Assembly: GCA_022600255.1 (NCBI GenBank)
Contig: JAHZKU010000299.1
Location: 1-37,077 of the forward strand
Length of the DNA stretch: 37,077 bases
Source of the DNA: Actinomycetes bacterium
GTDB taxonomy: Bacteria; Actinomycetota; Actinomycetes; S36-B12; GCA-2699445
Direction: 5' to 3'
The notes below the pieces were generated by a model, which saw only the letters and a list, made by a program, of their open reading frames with translations, was not told the origin of the DNA and searched no databases. Position 1 is the first letter of the stretch; every line of letters begins with the position of its first letter. A program made the translations under genes and the position numbers. Shown here piece after piece: positions 8,867 to 18,847 of the stretch.

Positions 8867-10183
8867 ATGTATCGGGCACTTCTCAGATTCGGCGTGGCCA
8901 TGTGTGTGGCTGGGGTCACCCTGACGACCGCACAGCAGGCGACCGCGGCAGGTGGCACCATGCCACAGCGAGCCACGACCGCGCCCGCCCAAGCAGCCCA
9001 GCTTCCCGCAAGCGCTGGAGCGCAGGTGACCGCACGGGTCGATGGCAAGAAGGGCAAGATAGGCTCAGCGGACTTCGGCATTCATTCGTTCCAAGGCACC
9101 CCCGGTGTTGCCGCCGGCTCTGTCCGACTCGCGTGCGCACCGACCTGGGCCGCGGTGAATCCTGCCCCCGGGGAGTACGACTGGGAGCAGATGGACTACT
9201 GGGTAGATCGGGTCGAGAACTACGGCTACTCCGACATTCTGTTCGCATTCTGCTCCACCCCGGAGTGGGCGGCCAAGCCCGTCGCGAGGCCGGATGATCG
9301 ATACTTGCCGGGCAGCGTCGGCCAACCCCGGAAGATGTCCTACTGGCGCGACTTTCTGGAACAAGTTGTGCAGCGGTACCGCGGCCGAATCACCTCATAC
9401 GAAACCTGGAACGAAGCGACCTCAAGGTTCCTGTATCAGGGCTCACCCAAGGCAATGGCCAAGATGACGCGGGTCCTATACGAAGTCGTACAGCAGTACG
9501 ACTCGTCGGCCCAGGTCTTGGCCGCCAACGTACAGGCGAGTCGGCAGATCAATAGTCGAGACTGGTTATTCACGTTCTGGCCGCCGTACCTGAAGAAATT
9601 GAAGCGCATGAAATGGCCAGTGGACGCGCTGTCTATCCACTCCTACGCCGATATCCGCAACTACCCCAAGTACCGCAAAAAGGGCCAGACCTTACGACCA
9701 GATCTCATTTCCGGGGCCCTGAAAATCCTGCGGCGTTATGACCCGCCAAAGCGCCTTCAGATTTGGGATACCGAAACCAACAACTTGGAGAAGTTCAATG
9801 CTCGAGGCCAGCGAGCCGTCGTCGCGCGCACCTACCTGGACTCCTTTCGCTTAGGCATTGACCGTACCTACTGGTACATGTGGACGACCAAGTTCGATCC
9901 CTGGATGGGAACACAAATGATGGCGGGCACAGCTTCGGTGGCCGCATATGACCAGGTGCGAGCTTGGACAAAGGGCAAGAAGCTCCGCAACTGCCAAACT
10001 GAGCGCCGGCTGACCACCTGCCGCATCTTGCCAGGCAAGGCCATCGTGGCCTGGTCCGAGCGGGGGGAGTCCAAACTGAAGTTGGGGGGTAAGCGCCAGG
10101 TTTGTGATTTGGCCTCCGATTGTCGCAAGGTCAAGCGTAAGCTCAAAGTGCGCGTGGATCCGGTCTGGATCAACCGCCGCTAG
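8867..10183 (+). CDS. Secreted clan GH-A glycoside hydrolase (GH39/GH5-like)
   Basis: Signal peptide; YETWNE acid/base and IWDTE nucleophile motifs; SIHSY; YWYMW. Confidence 0.8.
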   Translation: MYRALLRFGVAMCVAGVTLTTAQQATAAGGTMPQRATTAPAQAAQLPASAGAQVTARVDGKKGKIGSADFGIHSFQGTPGVAAGSVRLACAPTWAAVNPAPGEYDWEQMDYWVDRVENYGYSDILFAFCSTPEWAAKPVARPDDRYLPGSVGQPRKMSYWRDFLEQVVQRYRGRITSYETWNEATSRFLYQGSPKAMAKMTRVLYEVVQQYDSSAQVLAANVQASRQINSRDWLFTFWPPYLKKLKRMKWPVDALSIHSYADIRNYPKYRKKGQTLRPDLISGALKILRRYDPPKRLQIWDTETNNLEKFNARGQRAVVARTYLDSFRLGIDRTYWYMWTTKFDPWMGTQMMAGTASVAAYDQVRAWTKGKKLRNCQTERRLTTCRILPGKAIVAWSERGESKLKLGGKRQVCDLASDCRKVKRKLKVRVDPVWINRR

Positions 10184-10325
10184 CGAACAACAGTGCAGCC
10201 GGGGCCAAGGGATAGATCCGAAGCCCTAGCAGCGCGAGCGCAAATCAGACCCTCGGTTCTCAACACACATCCGGCACCGTTCCCTTAGGATTCAAGCGAA
10301 GAATCGCCGAGCACCAGGAGAACCC

Positions 10326-11327
10326 TTGCTGTTGTTTCCCACCGGAAGGGCCCCCTTCAACGCCAGTCCCGCTGATGTCGGGCGGCGGGTGCGCGTGGAC
10401 TTCAAGCCAACCAGTTTTGGGGCAGACCCCCAGACGCTAGAAGGGGTACTGTTCCGCTGGAGTGGGGGCGTGAAGGATGGAATCCTGCGCCTGCGTGACC
10501 GGAACGGAGTCGATACCGGAATCCGTAGCAGCGAGATCACCGAGATCCGGGTCATGCCACCAGAGGTGAGCGCCTACGACATGGAACGACTGGCCCAACA
10601 GGGGTGGCCGTCGATCACGACCGAAGCGCTCGGAGATTGGGATTTGCGTTACGCGTGCGGTTACGGGGATCGCGCCAATAGCGTGCGGGTGGCGGGGAAT
10701 CCCACCAACAAGTCACTCAAAGCCACGCTCAAGGCTGTCGAGGACTGGTACGAGGAACGTGGCTCATCGGGGCTCCTGCAGATTCCGATTCCGTTCGACG
10801 AAGCACCATTCGAAGCGCTCGGCTGGACGGCGCAGCGAAAGGGTCGCCTGATGGTCAACTCGGTGGCCCGCTTTCTGAATGCCACCGCACCAGCGCGGGA
10901 ACGCATCGATCTAGACATCACGGTTGAGTCTGTGCCCGACCAGCAGTGGCTAGATCTCGTCAGCGGCTATACGCCACAGCGCGCTGAAGAGTTTGACTAC
11001 ATCATGGATTCGGTACGACCGGCCGCGTTCATCTACTGCCGCAACCTGGACGGTGAACTCCTCGGGATCGGGCGCGCTACCTTGCAGGACACCTGGTGCG
11101 GCGCGACCACGATCGACACTGTGCCGCAATCTCGACGGCGTGGGATCGCAACAGCCATCAGCGCGGAAATGGCCATTTGGGCCGCCGAGCACGGCGCACG
11201 CGACTGGTATCTACAGGTCTTTCACGACAACGCCGCTGCCCGATCTTTCTTTGAGAACCTCGGCTTCACGACCCATCATCAGTACGAGTACCGCCGCAAG
11301 GACGTCGACATCGCACCGACTCCCTAG
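10326..11327 (+). CDS. GNAT family acetyltransferase with N-terminal beta-rich domain
   Basis: RRRGIA acetyl-CoA motif, YLQVFHDNAAA..FFENLGF, RANS; AGGAG RBS before TTG. Confidence 0.85.
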   Translation: MLLFPTGRAPFNASPADVGRRVRVDFKPTSFGADPQTLEGVLFRWSGGVKDGILRLRDRNGVDTGIRSSEITEIRVMPPEVSAYDMERLAQQGWPSITTEALGDWDLRYACGYGDRANSVRVAGNPTNKSLKATLKAVEDWYEERGSSGLLQIPIPFDEAPFEALGWTAQRKGRLMVNSVARFLNATAPARERIDLDITVESVPDQQWLDLVSGYTPQRAEEFDYIMDSVRPAAFIYCRNLDGELLGIGRATLQDTWCGATTIDTVPQSRRRGIATAISAEMAIWAAEHGARDWYLQVFHDNAAARSFFENLGFTTHHQYEYRRKDVDIAPTP

Positions 11328-11396
11328 CCAACCAAACCGCAGGGAGCGTAGCCCTACCTCGGCCAGCAGTGCCAGCCAACGCCGACCGGCGGACTG

Positions 11397-11936
11397 CTAG
11401 GGCTGCGACCCGGTGGCCAGTTCCCGATATTGTGTGCGCCAGTATAGGAGCGGCTGAGTACCAGACCCCCGGTCTACCGACGTGACCCGACCGATGACAA
11501 TGTCGTGATCACCGGCGCGCAGTTGCTGCTGGGTTTTACACTCTAGGGTCGCCAGGGTTTGGTCCAACACTGCGGTACCGGACGGGGTGCGGTGATGCGG
11601 CACTGAGTCCAACTGCCCAGCCAACTGCCGCCCCGAAGTGGCAAACCACTCCGCATGAAGCTTGGCCTCCGCCGACAAGACCGAAACGGCCCAGGTCGGC
11701 GCACTAGAGATCGCTGCATGAAAGCGGGCGCTGCGATTGACACACACAAGGATGAGAGGGGGATCCAGGGATACCGAGGAGACCGCCGATGCGGTCATGA
11801 CGTGATCCATCCCGTTGGCCACACAGCTGACAACCGTAACGCCGCTGGCAAACGATCCCATCGCATGCCGAAACAGTTCCTCGGCTTCTATATCAGGCGC
11901 CTTTTGACCCTGCGTGGCTTCGGCTTCGTCAGGCAT
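11397..11936 (-). CDS. Flavin reductase-like protein (HpaC/RutF family)
   Basis: FRHAMGSFASGVTVV, SVSLDPP, AGDHDIVIG; start ATG 11936 overlaps upstream stop. Confidence 0.9.
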   Translation of the reverse strand: MPDEAEATQGQKAPDIEAEELFRHAMGSFASGVTVVSCVANGMDHVMTASAVSSVSLDPPLILVCVNRSARFHAAISSAPTWAVSVLSAEAKLHAEWFATSGRQLAGQLDSVPHHRTPSGTAVLDQTLATLECKTQQQLRAGDHDIVIGRVTSVDRGSGTQPLLYWRTQYRELATGSQP

Positions 11937-12387
11937 TCGAGTTGCCTCGAATGGCCGCGTTGGTTTCTTCTTTGCTCGGGCCCCGCGCACCTAGTGCCGC
12001 GGGCAGGCTGACGAATGTTGAGCCGAGTACCACGCCGCCAAAGAAGTAGAACACCTGAACCGCACCGTCTGCGATGACTTGGTCGCCACTAGGCAGCGGT
12101 AGCGCCAGCACGATTGAGGCGATCAACCAGCCCAAGAAGAAGACTGAGCCTGGCTTGCGACTGCCGTAGGAAACAGTGATTGCCCGAATACTCACCAGGA
12201 GGGTGAGCATAACTAGGATCGCCCAAACCGGGATCGTGACTGGACCAACCTCAAAGGTCGCGGCCTGCAGGAATGCCCCAATCATTCCCAATACCAAGCC
12301 GGCCAGGAGCGCCCATCCGAATGTCCACCCGGTAATTGGGGTGATCGAACCCGTCCGATCGGGTGAACCTACTCCGTCTGCGCTCAT
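11929..12387 (-). CDS. Four-TM membrane protein (DUF6113-like) downstream of mshB
   Basis: Four hydrophobic segments, PSGD loop; GAGGAAGGA RBS. Confidence 0.75.
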   Translation of the reverse strand: MSADGVGSPDRTGSITPITGWTFGWALLAGLVLGMIGAFLQAATFEVGPVTIPVWAILVMLTLLVSIRAITVSYGSRKPGSVFFLGWLIASIVLALPLPSGDQVIADGAVQVFYFFGGVVLGSTFVSLPAALGARGPSKEETNAAIRGNSNA

Positions 12388-12430
12388 GTTTCCTTCCTCG
12401 CTACCGATGACTCTAGGGCACTCAATGAAC

Positions 12431-12472
12431 CGGGGCCGATCCGTGAGCCGGATCGGCCCCGTATTTTCTTTT
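12431..12472 (+). terminator. Intrinsic terminator-like hairpin
   Basis: Perfect 13-bp stem CGGGGCCGATCCG/CGGATCGGCCCCG, 5-nt loop, then TATTTTCTTTT on + strand. Confidence 0.75.
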
Positions 12473-12480
12473 CCGGCTTG

Positions 12481-13362
12481 TCAGCCGAACAGCCCGATCT
12501 CACGACCGTCCTGGTCCAGTGGGCCACTCGGGACGCCCTTCACGAGCCGGAAGTATTCTTCGCTGAAGATTGGGGAACCGATGTTGTTCGACAACGCGAA
12601 GAACCCCTCCTCCAAGTTGACCTGGCTCGCATGCGCCCGGAAAGCTGCGACCTTCTGGGGCAGTTGGGCCGAAACATCCACCGCCGTGGTCACCGCAGAA
12701 TCCGGGATAGCGAACGGGAGATCGTCTGGATCTCGGGCGGCAAATGCGGATTGATCGCCACGCTCACGTAGCGCCAGGATTCCGGCGCGGATCGCACTGG
12801 CGGGAAAACAGATCCAGTAGATCTTCGCGATATCCCAGGCTGGCCCGAGGTCGGGCCGATACGAGGCAACAGCGGCGAGTTGAGAGGCATACATCGCGAC
12901 GCGATGCGCCTGGATGTGATCGGGGTGCCCGTACCCGCCAAAGTCGTCGTACGTCACCAGAACGATTGGTTGAGTCTGGCGAATAATCTCTACCAGGATC
13001 GTCGCTGCTTCGCGCAGGTCCGCCTGCCAAAACGACTCCGGGACAGCGTTCGACGGCTCGCCCATCATGCCAGAGTCCCGGTAGTGGCCCGCTCCGCCTA
13101 GGAACCGACTGTCTTGCACGCCTAGCGCGGCGACCGACCCGGCGAGTTCGGTGATCCGGTGAGGTCCGAGGCCATCAGTCTGGTCGGCGGCCAGATGAGC
13201 AATTTCTGGCAACAGGATTTCGCCCTCTTCCCCCAAGGTGCAGGTCACCAATGTGACCTGGCCACCCGCAGCGGTGTGTTTGGCAATCACCCCACCGGTA
13301 CCAAGGACCTCATCATCGGGGTGGGCGTGGACAACCAACATGCGATCAGTTTCTTGCACCAT
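12481..13362 (-). CDS. mshB: GlcNAc-Ins deacetylase (mycothiol biosynthesis)
   Basis: VHAHPDDE, CTLGEEGE, YRDSGM, GGYGHPDHIQAH, FALSNN; start set at ATG 13362. Confidence 0.92.
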   Translation of the reverse strand: MVQETDRMLVVHAHPDDEVLGTGGVIAKHTAAGGQVTLVTCTLGEEGEILLPEIAHLAADQTDGLGPHRITELAGSVAALGVQDSRFLGGAGHYRDSGMMGEPSNAVPESFWQADLREAATILVEIIRQTQPIVLVTYDDFGGYGHPDHIQAHRVAMYASQLAAVASYRPDLGPAWDIAKIYWICFPASAIRAGILALRERGDQSAFAARDPDDLPFAIPDSAVTTAVDVSAQLPQKVAAFRAHASQVNLEEGFFALSNNIGSPIFSEEYFRLVKGVPSGPLDQDGREIGLFG

Positions 13363-13546
13363 GTCTACCGACAATACGCGCGTCTGCAGGCTGCCGTTGC
13401 CGATGGGAGCTGCCGCCCAAGGCCAATCCGCAACCACGCGGCGCTCATCCCCGATAGTGGACCGGCCCATGCGGGGGCAACCGGCAGGTGCGGCCGGATC
13501 AGTCCCGGGTCTTGGACGGGAGGTGCCGGCACGTCACACTTGGACA

Positions 13547-15799
13547 ATGGCGCACCCAGACCCAGGCAGACCCACACCCCCGCAGCCAGGCCCAGCCGAT
13601 GTCAGCAGCGATGCTGCAGCGGAATCGCCAGCGCAACAGTCACAACGCCAAACCCTGGAGCAATTCCCCCGCGAGCGGGCCGCCACACAATCATTCCGCG
13701 CCGGTGCGCCCCGTGCGGTTCGTATTGCGCGCGATCATTCCCAGGCCCTCTTCTTGCGATCCGAAGCCAGCGACGACCCCGTACTAAATCTGTGGCGAGT
13801 CGACCTGACGCAGACCCGGGCGGACGACGCCCAAAGCCCAGAAACCGTAGTGGCACATGCCCGGACGCTGGCCACCGACAACATCGACAGGCTGCCAGCG
13901 GCGGAACGCGCTCGCCGAGAGCGCCTGCGAGAAGCCGGTCAAGGCATCACTGACTACTCCACGGACAATGACCAGACAAAGGTCTGTTTTGTGCTCTCGG
14001 GCAGCCTGTGGCTATTGGATCTGACAAACGGCACCTCTGCACTTCTCGTGGAAGCTGGGGTGACGTCGCCAACGATGGATCCGACGGGAACCTGGGTTGC
14101 TTTCAATCAAGACAGTGGCCTACACGTGATTGCGGCCGACACAGCCGCAGCACCGCAACGCCGAACACTGTGCAGTGAGCCCGCACCCGAGGTGACCTGG
14201 GGTCAGGCCGAATTCTTGGCCGCGGAAGAAATGGGCCGGTACCGCGGTTTCTGGTGGGCGCCAAGCGGCGACCGGCTTCTCGTGACTCGAGTCGACGAGT
14301 CGCCTGTCAGCCAGTGGGTTCTGGGCGATCCCGCCAATCCGGCGCAGTCGGTGCGCACAGTGCGGTATCCAGCAGCGGGGACCGCAAACGCAGTGGTGCA
14401 ACTTCACTTAGTTTCGTTGGATGGGTCCACCACTGCGGTGACCTGGGATGTCGATGAATACGAGTACCTAGCCTCGGTCAGCTGGTCGCGATGGGGGCCA
14501 CCACTGGTCTGTGTTCAGCCGAGGGATCAACGCTGTGTGGTGACGCTCAGCGTGGATCCAGAAACCGGTACCACCACTGAGCGATCGCGTCGCAGCGAGC
14601 CAGACTGGACTGATCTGATTCCCGGAGCACCGGTCTGGACTGCGAGCGGCATTGTCGATACCGACGTTGACGTAGCCACCGATACCAGAAGGCTTGTCAT
14701 TGGCGCTGACCGTGCGGCGCTGACACCGGCTGGCTTACAGATACGCGCCGTCGTGGCGGCCGACGCCCACGCCGTGACCGTGCTGGCCAGCGCGAACGCC
14801 ATCAGCCAAGGCTTCTACGCAGTGGCGCTACCTGACCCCACCGAAACCGCCGTCCAAACTGGGTCAGCTGTGCAGCCAATGTTACTGAGCGAGCCGGGGG
14901 GCTGGGCTGTTGGCGCAGGAACGGCCAGCGCCTTTGCTATCTCCCGCGCCGATCCAACAGCACCGAGAACGCGCACGACCGTAACCTCAAATGGCCACAC
15001 CATCGAAATTGCGAGTATGGCCGCAACGTCGGCCATTCGCCCCAGTCCCACCTTCTTTGCGGCCGGTGACGTCGGCCTAGACACAGCGGTTCTGTGGCCA
15101 ACCGACTACGACGGCCACCGGGAACTTCCAATCATCATGTCGCCATACGGCGGCCCCCACGCTCAGCGCGTGATTGACGCAGCTTCGGCCTACCTCACCG
15201 AGCAGTGGATGGCGGACCACGGTTTTTGTGTCATCGTGGCCGATGGCCCAGGAACGCCGCGAACGCCAGATTTCGAGCGCGCGGTGCACCGGGACTTGGT
15301 GACCGGTCCGTTGCACGGGCAGGTCGCGGCGCTGGAAGCGGCCCTGGCGCGCTATCCGGGGCAACTCGATGCCAAGCGGGTCGGAATCCGGGGTTGGTCG
15401 TTTGGTGGCTACCTAGCGGCGCTCGCCATCTTGGAGCGACCAGATGTCTTCCAGGCTGCTGTTGCGGGAGCGCCGGTCACCCAGTGGGCGCTCTACGACA
15501 CCCACTACACCGAGCGTTACCTTGGGACGCCACAGGATCATCCGGAGGCTTATGCCGCCAGTGACCTGACGCTGCACGCTGAGGCATTGTCGGGCCAACT
15601 ACTGATCGTGCATGGACTCAATGACGACAACGTCTTCGCAGCACATACGTTGCGGTTGTCCTCCGCCCTCTTGGCGGCGGGCAAGCCACACACGGTCCTG
15701 CCATTAACTGGCGTCAGTCATATGACACCGCAAGAGGTCGTTGCCCAGAACCTACTGCGCCTTGATCTGCAGTTTCTGCAACAGGCACTGCAACACTGA
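13547..15799 (+). CDS. S9B dipeptidyl peptidase IV-family serine peptidase
   Basis: AEEMGRYRGFWW, YGGP, GWSFGG nucleophile, YDTHYTERYLG, DDNV, C-terminal His; start uncertain. Confidence 0.9.
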   Translation: MAHPDPGRPTPPQPGPADVSSDAAAESPAQQSQRQTLEQFPRERAATQSFRAGAPRAVRIARDHSQALFLRSEASDDPVLNLWRVDLTQTRADDAQSPETVVAHARTLATDNIDRLPAAERARRERLREAGQGITDYSTDNDQTKVCFVLSGSLWLLDLTNGTSALLVEAGVTSPTMDPTGTWVAFNQDSGLHVIAADTAAAPQRRTLCSEPAPEVTWGQAEFLAAEEMGRYRGFWWAPSGDRLLVTRVDESPVSQWVLGDPANPAQSVRTVRYPAAGTANAVVQLHLVSLDGSTTAVTWDVDEYEYLASVSWSRWGPPLVCVQPRDQRCVVTLSVDPETGTTTERSRRSEPDWTDLIPGAPVWTASGIVDTDVDVATDTRRLVIGADRAALTPAGLQIRAVVAADAHAVTVLASANAISQGFYAVALPDPTETAVQTGSAVQPMLLSEPGGWAVGAGTASAFAISRADPTAPRTRTTVTSNGHTIEIASMAATSAIRPSPTFFAAGDVGLDTAVLWPTDYDGHRELPIIMSPYGGPHAQRVIDAASAYLTEQWMADHGFCVIVADGPGTPRTPDFERAVHRDLVTGPLHGQVAALEAALARYPGQLDAKRVGIRGWSFGGYLAALAILERPDVFQAAVAGAPVTQWALYDTHYTERYLGTPQDHPEAYAASDLTLHAEALSGQLLIVHGLNDDNVFAAHTLRLSSALLAAGKPHTVLPLTGVSHMTPQEVVAQNLLRLDLQFLQQALQH

Positions 15800-16163
15800 C
15801 TCGATCCCTGTGCCCAGTCACTGTCCCTCACGGGGTCGGCACTGAGCTGGCTACCAGGCGGCAGCCTGGGCGATCCGTCCCTTGGGCAACTCTCCCGGCT
15901 GCACGGCAGCCAGCCGGGTACCAACCAGATGCGAGGCCCCAACTGAGACCGGGAGCTCCTAGCGAATCCAGCCAGGTAGGTTGCGGACCCACTTCAAACC
16001 AACAGGGCTGGACCGGCGAGACATTAGGTGGCCTGGCGGCTGGGCCCGCCTGCCAGCTTCCGCGGATATCGGGGTGCTTCTTCCCCCGCGCTCCTGCGAC
16101 ACTGAAGTTAACCACCGTTGCTTGACGCTGGTCGCCAATCCCACGTAGAGGGTCAAATAGAAC

Positions 16164-17339
16164 ATGAATTCGACCACGACGGACGTTGAGCAGACTCCCA
16201 GCCTGTTCCGCACCGACTGGCTCCTGGTGGTCGTGATTGGCATGGCTGTCGCGTTCACGTTTTGGGGCGGCGACTGGATGGCAGACCTTTCCGGCACCGG
16301 GAAACTGCTGTTCTTTTTTGCGGTTCTTTTCTTCACAATCCTGATCGCGGCCTTTGCTGTGGTCCGGCATGCCGATGCGTTGGCGGTTCGGTTGGGCGAG
16401 CCGCTGGGCACGCTGATCCTGACACTGTCGGTCATCACGATCGAAGTCATGATGATCTCCGCAGTGATGCTCACGGGCAAGAGCCAACCCACGGTGGCCC
16501 GGGACACGATGTTTGCCGTGGCGATGATCGTGTTGAACGGCTTGATTGGCGCAAGCCTGCTCCTAGGCGGGCTGAAACACCATGAGCAGAAGTTCAACCT
16601 GCGCAGCGCCAATGCCTATCTGGCCGTCATCGTGCCGCTGGCCATCCTTGGCCTCGTTTTGCCCTCTTTCACCACCACGACAGAGTCCGGAACGCTGAGT
16701 GTTGGGCAAGAAGCGGTGTTTGCGGTGCTATTCCTAGCGCTGTACGTGGTGTTCCTAGCGATTCAGACGGTGCGACACCGGGATCACTTTGTCGCCCCCG
16801 AAACAACAACCTTGCCCGTTGTCGGTGACCGGCCCCCGAAGATGAACCCCGAGGAACTCAGTGAACACGGCCACGCGGGCCAAGTGATTCGCAGTGTGCC
16901 TGTGCACGCTATCCTGCTGATCGCCTACATGGCACCGGTGGTTCTCCTGGCCAAAGAACTGGCTGTTCCGATCGACGCCGGCATCAACCAGTACGGTGCC
17001 CCGGTTGCTTTGGGCGGCTTTCTCGTGGCTCTGCTGATTCTGTCTCCGGAGGCCTTGAGCGGGCTGAAGGCCGCATCGGCCAACAAATTACAGCGGGCGG
17101 TAAACCTGTATCTCGGCTCGGTCGCGGCGACGATTGGCCTGACCATCCCGGCGGTTCTGGTGATTGGCGTCATCACGGGCCAAGAAGTGATCTTAGGACT
17201 CGACCCAGCCGAGGCCATTCTGTTGGCCACGACCTTGATCGTCACCCAACTGACGTTCGAGTCGCGCAAGACGAACGTGCTGCATGGGGCGGTCCATTTG
17301 GTGCTTTTTGCGATGTATCTCGTGTTGATCTTCGACTAG
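16164..17339 (+). CDS. chaA: Ca2+(Na+)/H+ antiporter, CaCA family
   Basis: GEPLGTLILTLSVITIE, ARDT, LSPEALS, GSVAATIGLTIPAV; about 11 TM segments. Confidence 0.9.
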   Translation: MNSTTTDVEQTPSLFRTDWLLVVVIGMAVAFTFWGGDWMADLSGTGKLLFFFAVLFFTILIAAFAVVRHADALAVRLGEPLGTLILTLSVITIEVMMISAVMLTGKSQPTVARDTMFAVAMIVLNGLIGASLLLGGLKHHEQKFNLRSANAYLAVIVPLAILGLVLPSFTTTTESGTLSVGQEAVFAVLFLALYVVFLAIQTVRHRDHFVAPETTTLPVVGDRPPKMNPEELSEHGHAGQVIRSVPVHAILLIAYMAPVVLLAKELAVPIDAGINQYGAPVALGGFLVALLILSPEALSGLKAASANKLQRAVNLYLGSVAATIGLTIPAVLVIGVITGQEVILGLDPAEAILLATTLIVTQLTFESRKTNVLHGAVHLVLFAMYLVLIFD

Positions 17340-17444
17340 CTTGGGCACATCATCAGGCAAGAGCGGCTCATCTTGCCAACCGATGCCTCGGCTGCTTGAC
17401 CGGGTTCCGGCTCCATCCGGCCCGACCAAAGAGAGGACGTATTC

Positions 17445-17945
17445 ATGGATTCGGTAGGGCTCAACCTGGCCACCAGTCACCGCGACGCGGGGACGATCAA
17501 TGAGATCAGTCACGCGCAAGCCCAGCAAACCGACACGTTGCAGGACATCGCCGAAACCGTGTTCGTCGAAATCAGCGCCGGCGCCGATGGCGGCGATGCA
17601 CGCGACCGGTTGGTGGGTTTTGCTATAGACGCACTGTTACCCAGCCTCGCGGCCGAATCTGCGACTTACCTGACCGCCGCCAGCCAAATCCCCCCACGGG
17701 GGGTCCTCGCCGACGCCATGCGGGCCGAACTCGACGCCATCGCACAACTCGTTGATGATCTGCTAGAGGCGCAGTATCCCGGCGAGATCACGGCCGCCAC
17801 GGGCGGGTTGTGGTCACTCTATCGTGCCTACTCTGAGCAACTCGCCCGCCACGTACTGCCAGCCCTCGCGGCAACCCCCGGCGTCTCACTGACCACCCTA
17901 TTCGCTGAGCAGCAATCCCTGGCGTCGGTGGCTGACGAATCCTAA
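17445..17945 (+). CDS. Hypothetical protein, degenerate hemerythrin-like four-helix bundle
   Basis: GAGAGGA RBS; ARDRLV..LLPSLAAE..AMRAEL..VLPALA pattern resembles actinobacterial hemerythrin domains. Confidence 0.65.
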   Translation: MDSVGLNLATSHRDAGTINEISHAQAQQTDTLQDIAETVFVEISAGADGGDARDRLVGFAIDALLPSLAAESATYLTAASQIPPRGVLADAMRAELDAIAQLVDDLLEAQYPGEITAATGGLWSLYRAYSEQLARHVLPALAATPGVSLTTLFAEQQSLASVADES

Positions 17946-18166
17946 GCCCGCAGCAGGAAGGCGGGCCAGCAGTCCTGTGCCCAGCACGCGCACCGACCGT
18001 GCGAAGAGTATTACGTCATTGGGAGGACTCGTAGACCCGCTTTGCCGAGTAAGTCTGCGTCACAGTCGCGGCCTTGGGGGCGTTCGCGCAGGCGCGGACA
18101 GTCCGGCGTCGCTCGCCGATTGGCTTTGCGAGCCCTGCTTCTTCCGGCGGAGATAATATCGAAGCG

Positions 18167-18700
18167 ATGTACCCAACGCTCGGGGAGGCCGACTGCGAAC
18201 GAATCACGACTGGGTTGCTGGCACAGCCGATCAACGCCGCCTCCAGCCTGAGCTACCTGCTGGTGGCAACTGGCCTGCTGCTCTGGGGGGCGCGCACGCG
18301 ACGCTTGTCTGTTGGGCTCCTTTGGTACTCAGCCTTGTTGGCGCTTGTGGGGATCGGCAGCGTGGACTATCACGGCTTCGGATCGCCGATTGCACAATGG
18401 CTCCACGACATTCCCATTCTGGCGCTCCTGGCACTGGCAGTCCTGACTCCAATCGTGCGATGGCGGCGTGCAGAACCCGTCTGTCCCGGCGCTGGTGCCG
18501 GCTTGCTGACTCTGATCGGAGCGGGGTTCACCGTGGGTCTGGTGACGTTCGCTTTGGGAGGGACCGGGTCACCGTGGTGCCAACCCGATGATCTTGTGCA
18601 ATACCACGCGTTTTGGCACATGATCACCGCAGCGTCCTTGGGCGGTTGGGCTGTAGCCCTCTTCGGCGGCGCAGCGGAATCCGATCGCCGAGCGGATTGA
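18167..18700 (+). CDS. CREST/ceramidase-like membrane hydrolase (short form)
   Basis: CE, QPINAASS, SxxxH (SVDYH), HD, HAFWH; TAATAT 7 nt before ATG 18167. Confidence 0.72.
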   Translation: MYPTLGEADCERITTGLLAQPINAASSLSYLLVATGLLLWGARTRRLSVGLLWYSALLALVGIGSVDYHGFGSPIAQWLHDIPILALLALAVLTPIVRWRRAEPVCPGAGAGLLTLIGAGFTVGLVTFALGGTGSPWCQPDDLVQYHAFWHMITAASLGGWAVALFGGAAESDRRAD

Positions 18701-18847
18701 AGCCCGTCGGCGGCCATCGGTAGCTCAGAGGGCCGCTGGCACCTGCCGTGACGACACCAGAGTCGCAGCCGTGCGCGTGCGCTGGGCCGGTGCTAGGTTT
18801 CTGCCTGGCACGCCCTGCGTGTGTCCAAACGGCCAATCATCCAAGGG

